Source: Clostridia bacterium
GTDB taxonomy: Bacteria > Bacillota > Clostridia > Saccharofermentanales > DTU023
Direction: 5' to 3'
Assembly (NCBI GenBank): GCA_040766025.1
Contig: JAXGRH010000001.1
Location: 195,356-259,355 of the forward strand
DNA length: 64,000 nt
In this document: positions 30,335-40,314 of the stretch, one piece after another
Layout: each line of letters opens with the position of its first letter
Position numbering within the stretch: position 1 is the first letter of the stretch
Translations under genes and position numbers: made by a program
The notes under the pieces: model-generated
Database searches by the model: none
The model's input: the letters and a program-made list of their open reading frames with translations, nothing else
What the model was told of the DNA's origin: nothing

Positions 30335-30358
30335 GGGAGAGCCCTACGAGGGTAAAGC

Positions 30359-31075
30359 ATGCCAAAAGAAGCGCTTAAAACAGCACGATTCTTCAGCCTA
30401 AAAGGCGATGAACCCTTTGCGTCGTGGCTCTTACAGTGCACGTATCCATGGGAGAGCCTTGCAGATTTAGGCGCGTGGATCAAGGCGTACGGCGCCACTT
30501 TACCCTCCGGTAGTTTCACCGAAATAGCGCCTGACATATGGGTCGCAAAATCCGCTAATGTCAGCGATCTCGCCACATTGAAAGGGCCAGTCATTGTAGG
30601 ACCCGATGTGGAAATCCGCCCGGGCGCTTTTATCCGCGGCAATGCCTACATCGGGCCCAACTGTGTCGTGGGGACTGCAAGTGAAATTAAAAATTCCCTT
30701 TTATTCGGCGACGTCGAGGTCCCGCATTACAACTATATTGGCGACAGCATCTTATCCTACGGCACGCATTTTGGCGCCGGCGCCATCACCTCCAACCTTC
30801 GATCCGATAAGAAGAATATAAAGATTCGCTACGAAGGCGAAGTTATTGAAACAGGACTTCGAAAGATCGGCGCCATCACGGCGCAACGCGTGGAAATCGG
30901 TTGCAATGCTGTCTTGGGTCCCGGCACCCTGATCGGAAAAGACAGCCTCATTTACCCCTTAACCTTTGTGCGTTTTTCATTACCTGAAAAATCCATTCTC
31001 AAAATAACGGCGAGTTGCGGCCAAGAATCTAAGCGGTTTAGCATCCGAGGAAGTGTGCGCAATATGTTAACATAG
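30359..31075 (+). CDS. left-handed beta-helix (hexapeptide-repeat) protein, GlmU C-terminal-domain-like
   Basis: Hexapeptide periodicity: VIVGPDVEIRPGAFIRGNAYIGPNCVVGTASEIKNSLLFGDVEVPHYNYIGDSILSYGTHFGAGAITSN... No nucleotidyltransferase domain seen. Confidence 0.6.
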   Translation: MPKEALKTARFFSLKGDEPFASWLLQCTYPWESLADLGAWIKAYGATLPSGSFTEIAPDIWVAKSANVSDLATLKGPVIVGPDVEIRPGAFIRGNAYIGPNCVVGTASEIKNSLLFGDVEVPHYNYIGDSILSYGTHFGAGAITSNLRSDKKNIKIRYEGEVIETGLRKIGAITAQRVEIGCNAVLGPGTLIGKDSLIYPLTFVRFSLPEKSILKITASCGQESKRFSIRGSVRNMLT

Positions 31076-31079
31076 GGCC

Positions 31080-31703
31080 ATGGTTTTCTCTTTGTTTTTG
31101 ATCTTTATCGCGACTCTTTACCTGGTTTGGCAGGGCACCATGGAACCCACTTTGGGCTTCATCGTGATGGCGTTTTCATTTGGTTCAATCATTTGGAAAA
31201 GAGTCCGTTTCATCCAGGAACGAAGGCACATCCGAAAGAAAACACACGAACGAAAAGCGAAATGGGGAGGCGAACTCACCGTCGTCTCAGGATTGGCAAG
31301 CTTCATCGGGATGCACTGTGATCTGTACATCACGCGGCAGGATCAGCTCATCGTTGAAGACGCGATCAGCGCCCGGATTATCCCGCCAGCGGAAGTGAGC
31401 CGTATCGGCCTTTTCTACGGGTCGATCTTCGATTACTTAAGCGATGTCGACTTGGCAAGAGCCTTAAAATTTCAAACCATCCCCCGATTTAATCATGTAC
31501 GGGCCTGGATCAAGAGAAATCCGACCGCAAGAAGACGCCTCATTGTGGCGGTGATGTTTGAAAACCCAATCAACGAACTCGAATATTCCGAGATGGCGGT
31601 CTTCTCGGACATCGACAAAAAAGGGAATCTCAGTGCTTTTGCCATACGGCCGGAAATCGCGGTGAAACTCGCCGTACTCCCCAAACCGCGGTTCGAAGAT
31701 TGA
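31080..31703 (+). CDS. hypothetical membrane protein (two N-terminal TM segments + about 140-aa soluble domain)
   Basis: ORF with an N-terminal hydrophobic pair. I recognise no family motif. Confidence 0.45.
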   Translation: MVFSLFLIFIATLYLVWQGTMEPTLGFIVMAFSFGSIIWKRVRFIQERRHIRKKTHERKAKWGGELTVVSGLASFIGMHCDLYITRQDQLIVEDAISARIIPPAEVSRIGLFYGSIFDYLSDVDLARALKFQTIPRFNHVRAWIKRNPTARRRLIVAVMFENPINELEYSEMAVFSDIDKKGNLSAFAIRPEIAVKLAVLPKPRFED

Positions 31704-31783
31704 AAGGTAAAAAACGGCCAATAAGTGACCGCTAGTCATACATGATACTAGTATTAGTATGATCTATAACTTATAAAGTAGAC

Positions 31784-33226
31784 ATGAAAAAACAAAAATT
31801 ATTGCAAAATGAATGCGCCCAGTCGCTGACTGTCCTGTTTGACTGGAACCGCGATAACTTCGCGGAAACGGGGAAGTGGGGCCGCTACTTCATCCAAACC
31901 TACGGTTGCCAGCAAAACGACCACGACAGTGAAATCGCAGCTGGACTATTAGAAGAAGCAGGCTTTGTACAGGCGACAAGTATTGAGGAAGCCGATATCG
32001 CGCTGTTTAACACCTGCAGCGTACGCGCCAACGCCGACGACCGTTTCTTCGGACATGTCGGCCGCCTGAAGCCCATAAAAAGGGAGGGAAAGCCCATCAT
32101 CGGGGTCTTTGGCTGCATGATGGAACAAAAGATCCACCGCGACGTGATCTTTGAAAGCTTCTCCCATGTCGACTTTTTGTTAGGCGCTGGCGCCATGGAA
32201 TTGCTGCCCTACGCCTTAACAGAAGTAATTCAAGGGTCACGCGGCAAACGCACCCTCGATCTTACCCATCAAGCGACAGACGTCTTTGGCGAAGGAATGC
32301 CTGTTAAACGCGAACGGGGACACCGAGCGCTCATCACGATCATGACCGGCTGCAACAACTTTTGCTCCTACTGCATCGTGCCTTACACAAGAGGCCGTGA
32401 AAAGAGCCGCTCCTACGACGACATCATGGGGGAAGCGCGAAAGGCAGTCGGGGAGGGGGCCCAAGAAATCATGCTTTTGGGTCAAAACGTCAACTCCTAC
32501 GGCAACGACTTGCGAAAAATGAAACAAGCCTCACCCTCCTTTGCCAAACTCCTAAGAGACGTGAGTGAAATCGAAAACCTTGGCATCGTCCGCTACATGA
32601 CCTCCCATCCCAAGGATCTTTCCGATGAACTGATCGACACCATCGGGCGCTATCCCGTCATTGAACCGCATATCCACCTGCCCCTGCAGTCGGGAAGTGA
32701 CGTCATCTTAAAAAAGATGAACCGTCGCTATACCGCAGAGCACTATCTCGAGCTCGTTGAAAAACTGAGATTAAGCCGCCCCGGCATAACCCTCACAACC
32801 GACCTCATTGTCGGCTACCCGGGTGAAACCGAAGAAGACTTCCGGGCGACCTTAAGCCTCATGAAAACCGTACGCTTTGACGCGGCCTTCACCTTCCTAT
32901 ACAGTCCGCGCATCGGGACCCCCGCTGCGGACATTTACGACGAAGAAGAACAGGCCAAAGTCAAGGAGCGGTTCGAACGTCTTGTCCAGCTCCAAAATGA
33001 CATCAGCTTCGAATCGAACCAACAATTAATCGGAGATACTGTCGACGTGTTGATTGACGGCCCCAGCCGGCGCGACCCTGACATCTTGTCGGGGCGCACC
33101 CGCGATGACCGCCTGGTCAACGTTTCAACAGCCATCATGACAACAGGACAAAATCGGAAGGGACAATTTATCCCTGTCAAAATAGAAAAAGCCGGTTCAT
33201 TTTCACTGGAAGGGACGGCCCTGTGA
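31784..33226 (+). CDS. miaB: tRNA-i6A37 methylthiotransferase MiaB (radical SAM)
   Basis: UPF0004 domain YGCQQNDHDSE...NTCSVR...GC. Radical-SAM CNNFCSYCIVPYTRG. TRAM-like C-terminus. Confidence 0.88.
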   Translation: MKKQKLLQNECAQSLTVLFDWNRDNFAETGKWGRYFIQTYGCQQNDHDSEIAAGLLEEAGFVQATSIEEADIALFNTCSVRANADDRFFGHVGRLKPIKREGKPIIGVFGCMMEQKIHRDVIFESFSHVDFLLGAGAMELLPYALTEVIQGSRGKRTLDLTHQATDVFGEGMPVKRERGHRALITIMTGCNNFCSYCIVPYTRGREKSRSYDDIMGEARKAVGEGAQEIMLLGQNVNSYGNDLRKMKQASPSFAKLLRDVSEIENLGIVRYMTSHPKDLSDELIDTIGRYPVIEPHIHLPLQSGSDVILKKMNRRYTAEHYLELVEKLRLSRPGITLTTDLIVGYPGETEEDFRATLSLMKTVRFDAAFTFLYSPRIGTPAADIYDEEEQAKVKERFERLVQLQNDISFESNQQLIGDTVDVLIDGPSRRDPDILSGRTRDDRLVNVSTAIMTTGQNRKGQFIPVKIEKAGSFSLEGTAL

Positions 33227-35886
33227 GCCACTTGACCTTTGACAAGATCGACAAAGAGAAAGTGACGCCCATGATGCGTCAACTGATCGAGCAAAAAGAA
33301 CAGTATCCCGACTGCCTCATCTTTTTCAGGTTGGGCGACTTCTATGAACTCTTCTTTGACGACGCGCTCACCGCTGCCCGTGAACTTGAACTGGCCCTAA
33401 CCGGACGCGACTGCGGCCTCGACGAACGCGCCCCCATGTGCGGTGTTCCGCACCATGCGGCCGACAATTACTTAAAACGCCTTTTGGCGCGCGGTTATAA
33501 AGTAGCCATCTGCGATCAGGTGGAAGACCCCCTCACGGCCAAAGGCTTAGTCGACCGGGCGGTCGTACGCGTCTTGACGCCGGGGACCCAAACTGACCCG
33601 GAAGCGATCGCCGAGGACGCCTACCAGTACATCGCCGCGATCTGCCAGATCGGGCAGGGCTTTGGCATCGCCGCCTGCGATTTGGCCTCCGGTCACTTCG
33701 AGACCAGTGAAATGCTATCAAGTCAAGCCGAATCCCAGGTATTTGACGAGATCGCGCGTTTAAAACCGATTGAATTCATCGTGAACGACGCGTTTTCAAA
33801 AAACCGCCGTTTCAAAGACTATATCGAACGCCAGGAAATCACCTATTCCGTCCTGGGGGACGATTCATTCTCCTTAAAAGAAGCCAGGAAAAGAACACTC
33901 AGCTTCACGGATTCCGAACTGCTGTGGCCTCGGGCAAGCGCCGCACTTTTGTCCTATTTAGAAAACACGCAAAAAACAACACCCGCGCAAATCCGCGACA
34001 TCACGCCCTATGTGCTTCGCGATTACATGCTCCTAGATCACGCGACCCGCGCCAACTTGGAGTTAACCGAGACCCTCCGCGACCGAAAGAGCCGCGGCAG
34101 TCTTTTATGGGCGATCGACCGCACCAAAACGGCCATGGGAGCTAGACTTTTGCGCGCTTGGTTATTGCAGCCTTTAATCGATCGGGAAAAGATTTTAAAA
34201 AGACAAAACTCCGTAGCGGTCTTAGTGGAACAATTCATGCTGCGTCAGACGCTCCAGGAGGCATTACAAGGCCTCTACGACATTGAGCGTCTCTCGGGCA
34301 GGATTGCCCAAGGCTCCGTCACCCCGCGCGATCTGGTGGCTTTGAGGAACGTCTTGGAGCGCCTTCCTAAGTTAAAAACTTTACTTTCAGATCTCGACGA
34401 TCCGGGACTGTCACAAATCCGCCATTCCATGACCGAACACGAAGCCTTGGCGCAACTTTTATACGACGCGATCTGCGACGACCCGCCGCTTCTTGTCACC
34501 GAGGGCGGCATTTTCAAAGAAGGTTTTAACGCCGACGTCGATCGATTGACGGACGCGGCCTTGCACGGGCGCGACTATATTCTTTCATTAGAGACAAAAG
34601 AACGGGAAGCGACCGGCATCAAGAACTTGAAAGCCGGCTACAACCGCGTGTTCGGCTACTATTTTGAGGTGTCACGCGGACAACTCGATAAAGTGCCCGA
34701 TCATTTTGTGAGAAAACAAACCCTTGTCAATTCAGAGCGCTTTATCACGGAGGAATTAAAAGAAAAAGAAGACACAATCTTAGGCGCCGAAGAGCGCCGC
34801 AAAGCAGTCGAATACGAACTGTTTACGCAGATACGAGAAGAAGTCGCGCGCCATCTTTTGGAACTACAAAATACCGCCAAAGCTTTGGCCGAACTCGATG
34901 TACTCTTATCCTTAGCGGACATCGCGGACCGCCAAAAATACTGCCGCCCCGAAATTTTAGACGACCGGACACTCATTATCCAAGAAGGGCGTCACGCGGT
35001 GGTCGAACAGATCCTAAAAGGTAAAGATCGCTTTGTGGCGAACGACTTAGCGCTCGACGGCCATGCTAAGCGCGCCATGATCCTCACCGGGCCCAACATG
35101 TCGGGTAAGTCAACCTATATGCGCCAGGCGGCTATCATTGTGTTGTTGGCACAGATCGGAAGCTATGTACCGGCCAAAGAAGCGAGGATCGGCATCGTCG
35201 ACCGCGTCATGACGCGCGTGGGTGCCTCAGACGACCTGTCGGGCGGCCAGTCCACCTTCATGGTGGAGATGACCGAGATGGCCCGTATTTTGGAGCAGGC
35301 AACGCCTATGAGCCTGCTCATCCTGGATGAAATCGGGCGAGGGACCGGAACCGCCGACGGACTGTCCATCGCCTGGTCCGTCATGGAGCATATCGCGGAC
35401 CAAAAACTTTTAGGAGCGCGCGCCCTATTTGCGACGCATTACCATGAATTGATCGACTTAGGGAACAAACTGCCGGGGGTGTTTAACTGCCATATCGATG
35501 TCAGTGAGCAGGACGGCGACATTGTTTTTTTACATGAAGTGCGCCCGGGGGGCGCGGATGAAAGCTACGGTATTGACGTGGCCAAATTGGCCGGTGTCCC
35601 AGAATCAGTGGTGGACCGCGCCCGTGAACTCATGGCCCATTTTGAACGCTCGGGGCAGGCCAAACGTAAGATTGTCCGAGCCCGCTCAAGGGCCATGGAC
35701 GGCCAGCAGGATCTTTTCAGCGGGGCCCAGTCGGTGCGCACCGCTGACGACATCATTCGACGGCTTGAATCCGCGGATATTGACAATATGCGGCCTGTCG
35801 AGGCCTTCGGCCTCCTCATTGATTTGAAGGAATTGGCCGAAAAACAAAAGCGCCAAAACAGCGAGCTTGAGGAGGAAGAAGGATGA
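33223..35886 (+). CDS. mutS: DNA mismatch repair protein MutS (intact, 887 aa)
   Basis: TPMMRQ, FFRLGDFYELFFDDA mismatch-binding motif, Walker A GPNMSGKSTYMRQ, LILDEIGRGTGTADG, FATHYHEL. Confidence 0.93.
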   Translation: MSHLTFDKIDKEKVTPMMRQLIEQKEQYPDCLIFFRLGDFYELFFDDALTAARELELALTGRDCGLDERAPMCGVPHHAADNYLKRLLARGYKVAICDQVEDPLTAKGLVDRAVVRVLTPGTQTDPEAIAEDAYQYIAAICQIGQGFGIAACDLASGHFETSEMLSSQAESQVFDEIARLKPIEFIVNDAFSKNRRFKDYIERQEITYSVLGDDSFSLKEARKRTLSFTDSELLWPRASAALLSYLENTQKTTPAQIRDITPYVLRDYMLLDHATRANLELTETLRDRKSRGSLLWAIDRTKTAMGARLLRAWLLQPLIDREKILKRQNSVAVLVEQFMLRQTLQEALQGLYDIERLSGRIAQGSVTPRDLVALRNVLERLPKLKTLLSDLDDPGLSQIRHSMTEHEALAQLLYDAICDDPPLLVTEGGIFKEGFNADVDRLTDAALHGRDYILSLETKEREATGIKNLKAGYNRVFGYYFEVSRGQLDKVPDHFVRKQTLVNSERFITEELKEKEDTILGAEERRKAVEYELFTQIREEVARHLLELQNTAKALAELDVLLSLADIADRQKYCRPEILDDRTLIIQEGRHAVVEQILKGKDRFVANDLALDGHAKRAMILTGPNMSGKSTYMRQAAIIVLLAQIGSYVPAKEARIGIVDRVMTRVGASDDLSGGQSTFMVEMTEMARILEQATPMSLLILDEIGRGTGTADGLSIAWSVMEHIADQKLLGARALFATHYHELIDLGNKLPGVFNCHIDVSEQDGDIVFLHEVRPGGADESYGIDVAKLAGVPESVVDRARELMAHFERSGQAKRKIVRARSRAMDGQQDLFSGAQSVRTADDIIRRLESADIDNMRPVEAFGLLIDLKELAEKQKRQNSELEEEEG

Positions 35887-37707
35887 CCACGATCCATAAG
35901 CTTGACCGCCAGACGGTGAACAGCATCGCGGCAGGCGAAGTGGTCGAACGACCCGCCTCCGTGGTGAAAGAACTGATCGACAACGCCTTAGACGCGGGCG
36001 CCTCCATTATCCGGCTCGCAATACGAAACGGCGGCATCCGTGATATTCGCTGCGAGGATGACGGGCAGGGGATGAGCCGTGAGGACGCGCTTTTGTCAGT
36101 CGAGAGTCACGCCACAAGCAAAATTGAAACAACCGACGATCTGTTCTCTTTACAGACCATGGGCTTTCGCGGAGAGGCTTTGCCGTCCATTGCCTCTGTC
36201 TCACGCTTAGAACTTGTCACAAGACGAAGAGAAGACAAGGAGGGGACGCGTGTGGTCGTTGAAGGCGGGGAGATGAGCTTTCAGGGACCGCATCCCATGA
36301 CACAGGGCACGACGGTCACCGTCCGCGATTTATTTTTCAATACGCCGGCACGCTACAAGTTTTTAAAATCGGATAGTTCGGAAGCGGGGGCCATCGCGGA
36401 CATCGTCGGGAAACTTGCGCTATCGCGGCCCGATGTCTCCTTTCGTCTAGAACGATTGGACGATGAACGTGAAATGCTCTACACGCCGGGCAACAACGAT
36501 CTTTTAAGTGCCATTTATGTGGTCTTCGGTAAAGACACCGCGGAGAAAATGATCCCCGTCACGGTGGACGAAGGTCCCGTGCGCCTCACGGGCTTCATGA
36601 CCCGGGCTGACGCCGCGCGCCATAACCGCGCGCGCCAGCTGTTTTTGGTGAATGGCCGTGTCATTCAATCCTCGGTGCTGAGAACCGCGGTGGAAGAGGC
36701 GTCGCGCGGCTTTTTCATGAAGGGCAAATTCACCCAGCTTGTCTTTAATATCGAGATTGCGCCCAATCTCATTGACGTCAATGTACACCCGCAGAAAACG
36801 GAAGTGCGTTTTTGGGATGACCGCGCTGTTTTCCGCGCGATTTACCATCGCAGGTTAAAGGCACGCTCGAAGATTCGAGTACGATTCAGGACAGCTCGCT
36901 TGAACAGGTAAATAAGGGAGAAAAAGAAACGAGCTATGAACCGCAGCAGGTGGCCTTTGATACATCAAGAACAATTGTTCGCGATCAGAAAATAACCCAA
37001 GATGATTCGGAAAAGGAAGTTATTGAAACCATCGTTCAAAACCAGTGGTGCTGACAAAGTCTGAGTAAATGGATGAAAAAGAGGCGCCTGCAAGTGATTT
37101 TCACCCTTTAAAGCATGCGCGTTTCATCGGTGCTTTCTTAAACACTTATTTATTGTTTGAAGACGGGGATTCGCTCGTCCTGATCGACCAGCATGCGGCG
37201 CATGAGCGCGTGTTGTACGAAGAACTGCTGTTAAAAAGAAAAGAAAAGAACGGCGAAAAAGTGCCCTCACAGACCTTGATGGCACCTTTGCACGTGGATC
37301 TTACGGTCAAGGAGATGGCGCTTTTGGAAGATGTGGCGGATCACTTTTCTTTACTGGGCTTTGAATATGAAATCTTTGGGGAACGCTCCGTGGCCTTACG
37401 CGCGGTCCCCATGGCACCAGTGAACGCTCAGGTGACGCTCGATGCGAAGGCGGCCTTCCAGGCGGCCCTTGACCGCCTTGTGACGGCAGGGGAAAGCGGC
37501 GCCACGGTTGACGACAATGAAATCCTGCACGACATTGCCTGTAAGGCGGCCGTAAAAGCGCATGACCGCCTTTCCGAGGAGGAGGCATTCATCCTCATTG
37601 ATCGCCTCTTGGCGCTCACCAATCCCTATCACTGCCCGCACGGGCGCCCCGTGGCGTTAAGACTGACCCTCACGGACATTGAAAAAAGATTTGGGAGAAT
37701 CGTGTAG
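35883..37707 (+). pseudogene. mutL: DNA mismatch repair protein MutL, interrupted in the inter-domain linker (N-terminal ATPase ORF 35883..36911; C-terminal endonuclease/dimerisation ORF 37069..37707)
   Basis: N-terminus: IAAGEVVERPASVVKELIDNALDAG, GFRGEAL, VNVHPQKTEVRF. C-terminus: DQHAAHERVLYEEL, CPHGRP. All three frames close between 36909 and 37068: TAA 36909-36911, TGA 37052-37054, TAA 37066-37068. Confidence 0.8.
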
Positions 37708-38679
37708 ATGCCGACGACCCGAAAAGAAGCCATCCTCTGCCAAAGTGATTCAATGGATGTGTTGTTTAATGCGCTCTTGGAGCGTGTTGAATCTCATAAA
37801 GCTTCGATTCCCGTGATTACAGGCCCGACGGGCTCAGGTAAATCAAACCTTGCCATGATGCTCGCTGAAAGGATCAAAGGGGAGATTGTCTCCTGTGACG
37901 CGATGCAGGTTTACCGCGGTTTTGACATCGGGACGGCCAAGCCGACAATAGAGGACCAACAAGCCATCCCGCACCACATGATCGATATCCTCGACCCCTG
38001 TGAGGCGATGAGCGTCGCAAGCTATGTCAATGAGGTCACCGATTTACTCAAAAGGCTTCTTGGGGATCGTAAAAGGCCCATCCTCTGCGGCGGCAGCGTA
38101 CAGTACATTTCAGCGCTTTTAGACGGCCTTCGGTTCATCGGCGATTCGCCCGACGCCACACTTCGAGAAGAAGTGGCGCTTGAGGTGGATGAAAAGGGTT
38201 TAGAGGCGAGCTGGAAAGCGATCGAAAGGCTTGATCCGAAGTCGGCTGAGGTTATCGCGCCGACGGATCGGACAAGGATTGTGCGCTTTTTTGAGATGTA
38301 CCGTCAGACAGGCCTTTTAAAATCTGAAATCAATCTTCGCTCGCGCGAAGGCGAGGTTCCTTTCAACTATCTTCCTTTTTGGCTGGACTGGACGCCGCGC
38401 GCGGCCTTGTACGGCGCGATTAATGCGCGTGTGGATCGTATGTTTGAAGCGGGGCTTGTCGGGGAAGTCAAACATCTGTCTGAAGAGGTCCCCCGTGTGG
38501 AACAATGTCCGGCGTTTCGGGGCATCGGTTACAAGGAGGTCCTTGGGCACTTGGACGGCCAATACTCCGAGGACAAAGCGCGTGAAAACATCGCGCAATC
38601 GACGCGTCGCTATGCAAAAAGACAACAAACCTGGCTTCGAAAGCGAAAAGACTTGCAAATTCTCCTGTTCCATCGATAA
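37708..38679 (+). CDS. miaA: tRNA dimethylallyltransferase MiaA
   Basis: P-loop ITGPTGSGKSNLA, SCDAMQVYRGFDIGTAKPT, IPHHMIDI, GGSVQYI, YAKRQQTWLRK. Confidence 0.9.
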   Translation: MPTTRKEAILCQSDSMDVLFNALLERVESHKASIPVITGPTGSGKSNLAMMLAERIKGEIVSCDAMQVYRGFDIGTAKPTIEDQQAIPHHMIDILDPCEAMSVASYVNEVTDLLKRLLGDRKRPILCGGSVQYISALLDGLRFIGDSPDATLREEVALEVDEKGLEASWKAIERLDPKSAEVIAPTDRTRIVRFFEMYRQTGLLKSEINLRSREGEVPFNYLPFWLDWTPRAALYGAINARVDRMFEAGLVGEVKHLSEEVPRVEQCPAFRGIGYKEVLGHLDGQYSEDKARENIAQSTRRYAKRQQTWLRKRKDLQILLFHR

Positions 38680-38760
38680 ATTTTGATCTCATCGAAAAAT
38701 TTTCAGACTTTTTTAACTATGCTATAGGTAGTAAATCTCTCATGTAGAGAAATAGAAAGG

Positions 38761-39126
38761 ATGAGAAAGATGGACTATTTCGAAAAGTCAGATGACAGTC
38801 GAACGAAGAAAGTATCTTCCAATTTACGTATTCAGGAAACATTTTTGAATCACTTGAGGCGTGAAAAAATCCATGTATTCATCCAGCTCTTCAACCAGAC
38901 GATTATTGAAGGGCTGATTATCGGTTTCGATCAGGAATCGATTGTTGTGAACGCCCGGGGCACCCAGCAGCTAATTTACAAGACGGCGGTCGTTTGCATC
39001 AAGCCTTTTGAGGAGCTCCATCTGATCTTCAATGACGCAAGACCTAAGTCACGCCCGGGCAGCAACCATAACCATATGACGTACCCGCGATTTGTCTCAC
39101 AGGATAAAAGCTTTCAGCGGCACTGA
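38761..39126 (+). CDS. hfq: Hfq-like RNA chaperone (divergent; extended termini; start may be ATG 38770)
   Basis: Sm1/Sm2-like core QETFLNHLRREKIHVFIQLFNQTIIEGLIIGFDQESIVVNARGTQQLIYKTAVVCIKP. Canonical position after miaA. Confidence 0.65.
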   Translation: MRKMDYFEKSDDSRTKKVSSNLRIQETFLNHLRREKIHVFIQLFNQTIIEGLIIGFDQESIVVNARGTQQLIYKTAVVCIKPFEELHLIFNDARPKSRPGSNHNHMTYPRFVSQDKSFQRH

Positions 39127-39768
39127 TCAGATGTCCATGCGTAACAATCCTCGCACCACACCGAGGATCATGCTGTCCTCCCGGTCAAGTGGAATGTCAT
39201 CGTAGCGATCATTTTCGGGATGCAGGTAATATTGGCCTTTGGGGTGGCGTTTTAAGGTTTTGACAGTGGCTTCATCACCTAAAAGCGCCACTACTATTTC
39301 ACCGTCATCCGCAATGTTTTGCTTTTCAATGATGACAATGTCACCGTCCAGGATGGACGCCCCCACCATACTGTCGCCCTCTACGCGAAGCGCAAAGACA
39401 GAATCAGGGTCTTGCCTGACAGGGAAGGGGAGAGGGATCATCCGCTCAATGTTTTCGGTTGCCAGAATTGGCCTTCCCGCCGTCACCGTACCGACCAGGG
39501 GAATCGACGGGGCCTGTTCGGCTTCAAGTTCAGGCACCCGGATGGAGCGGCGTTTACCCATCTCCATTTCAATGCGACCCTCCGAGGCCAGCCTTTTCAA
39601 ATGGCTGTACACCGTCGAAGTCGAACGCAGTCCCGTGCCTTCTCCGATATCCCGGACAGAAGGGGCATACGAATAATGGCGGATATACTCACAGATGAAA
39701 TCGTAGACCGCCTCGAGTGTCTCATCGACGTTGGCCCTTGTAAACGGATATGTTTCTTTGCTCTCCAT
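39127..39768 (-). CDS. lexA: SOS repressor LexA
   Basis: wHTH SVRDIGEGTGLRSTSTVYSHLKRLASEGRI. S24 peptidase domain VEGDSMVGASILDGDIVII ... ATVKTLKR. RBS GGGGAGG upstream of ATG 39768. The longer ORF (to 39852) contains the promoter and is rejected. Confidence 0.9.
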   Translation of the reverse strand: MESKETYPFTRANVDETLEAVYDFICEYIRHYSYAPSVRDIGEGTGLRSTSTVYSHLKRLASEGRIEMEMGKRRSIRVPELEAEQAPSIPLVGTVTAGRPILATENIERMIPLPFPVRQDPDSVFALRVEGDSMVGASILDGDIVIIEKQNIADDGEIVVALLGDEATVKTLKRHPKGQYYLHPENDRYDDIPLDREDSMILGVVRGLLRMDI

Positions 39769-39823
39769 GGTTGACCTCCCCGCACAGCCTTGAATGGCAG
39801 GAACATAATTTCTCTTTGTGGCT

Positions 39824-39852
39824 ATCATAACAAAACATTTGTTTTGTATCAA
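39824..39852 (-). promoter_or_regulatory. lexA promoter with a palindromic operator filling the spacer (putative LexA box)
   Basis: Minus strand: TTGATA (39852-39847), 17-nt spacer, TATGAT (39829-39824). The spacer is the palindrome ACAAAAC-ATTT-GTTTTGT (39830-39847), an AAAC-N4-GTTT variant of the Gram-positive GAAC-N4-GTTC box. A weaker GAACATAATTTC lies at 39801-39812. Confidence 0.55.
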
Positions 39853-39918
39853 GTCCTATCATTGATACTGATTATCGGATCCCTATGCTAAAATAAACGA
39901 GGTCAGGAGTGTGGCAGT

Positions 39919-40248
39919 ATGAGTCGCAAAAAATCGATCTTAACCAAATACTATCAGCCGCTCCGCGGAAGCGTCGACGACGATAAAAGGACGGGGCATC
40001 GCATTTACCGTTTAAAAGGCTATACAACGGTCGATAAGATCAACCGTAAATTTGCCCAGGAACGTTATCAAAGAACACTGCGCAACACATTGACCTTTAT
40101 CATGATCGTGATTTTGCTTGTCATTTTATTTGTCATCTATAATCCGTTTACGGACGTCGGCGAATTAAAAAAGATCACGGGCGAAGACAGTTATTTCAAA
40201 CAACACCAAACGACTGAGACAAACGGCGCAGAAGTCCAATTCCCATAA
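39919..40248 (+). CDS. hypothetical single-pass membrane protein (109 aa), divergent from lexA
   Basis: RBS AGGAG 8 nt upstream of the ATG. Basic N-terminus, TM segment LTFIMIVILLVILFVIY, short extracytoplasmic tail. Confidence 0.55.
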   Translation: MSRKKSILTKYYQPLRGSVDDDKRTGHRIYRLKGYTTVDKINRKFAQERYQRTLRNTLTFIMIVILLVILFVIYNPFTDVGELKKITGEDSYFKQHQTTETNGAEVQFP

Positions 40249-40314
40249 ATAACACTGCGCCAGGATCGTTTTAAAAAACCCCAAAGGACTCATAGGTCGC
40301 AGAAGACCTTTTAA

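Noticed and set aside
39769-39852. N-terminal extension of the lexA ORF (MIQNKCFVMIATKRNYVPAIQGCAGRST).
   Set aside because: The extension contains the -35/-10 promoter and the operator palindrome. A strong RBS (GGGGAGG) precedes the internal ATG at 39768, which opens a normal LexA N-terminus.
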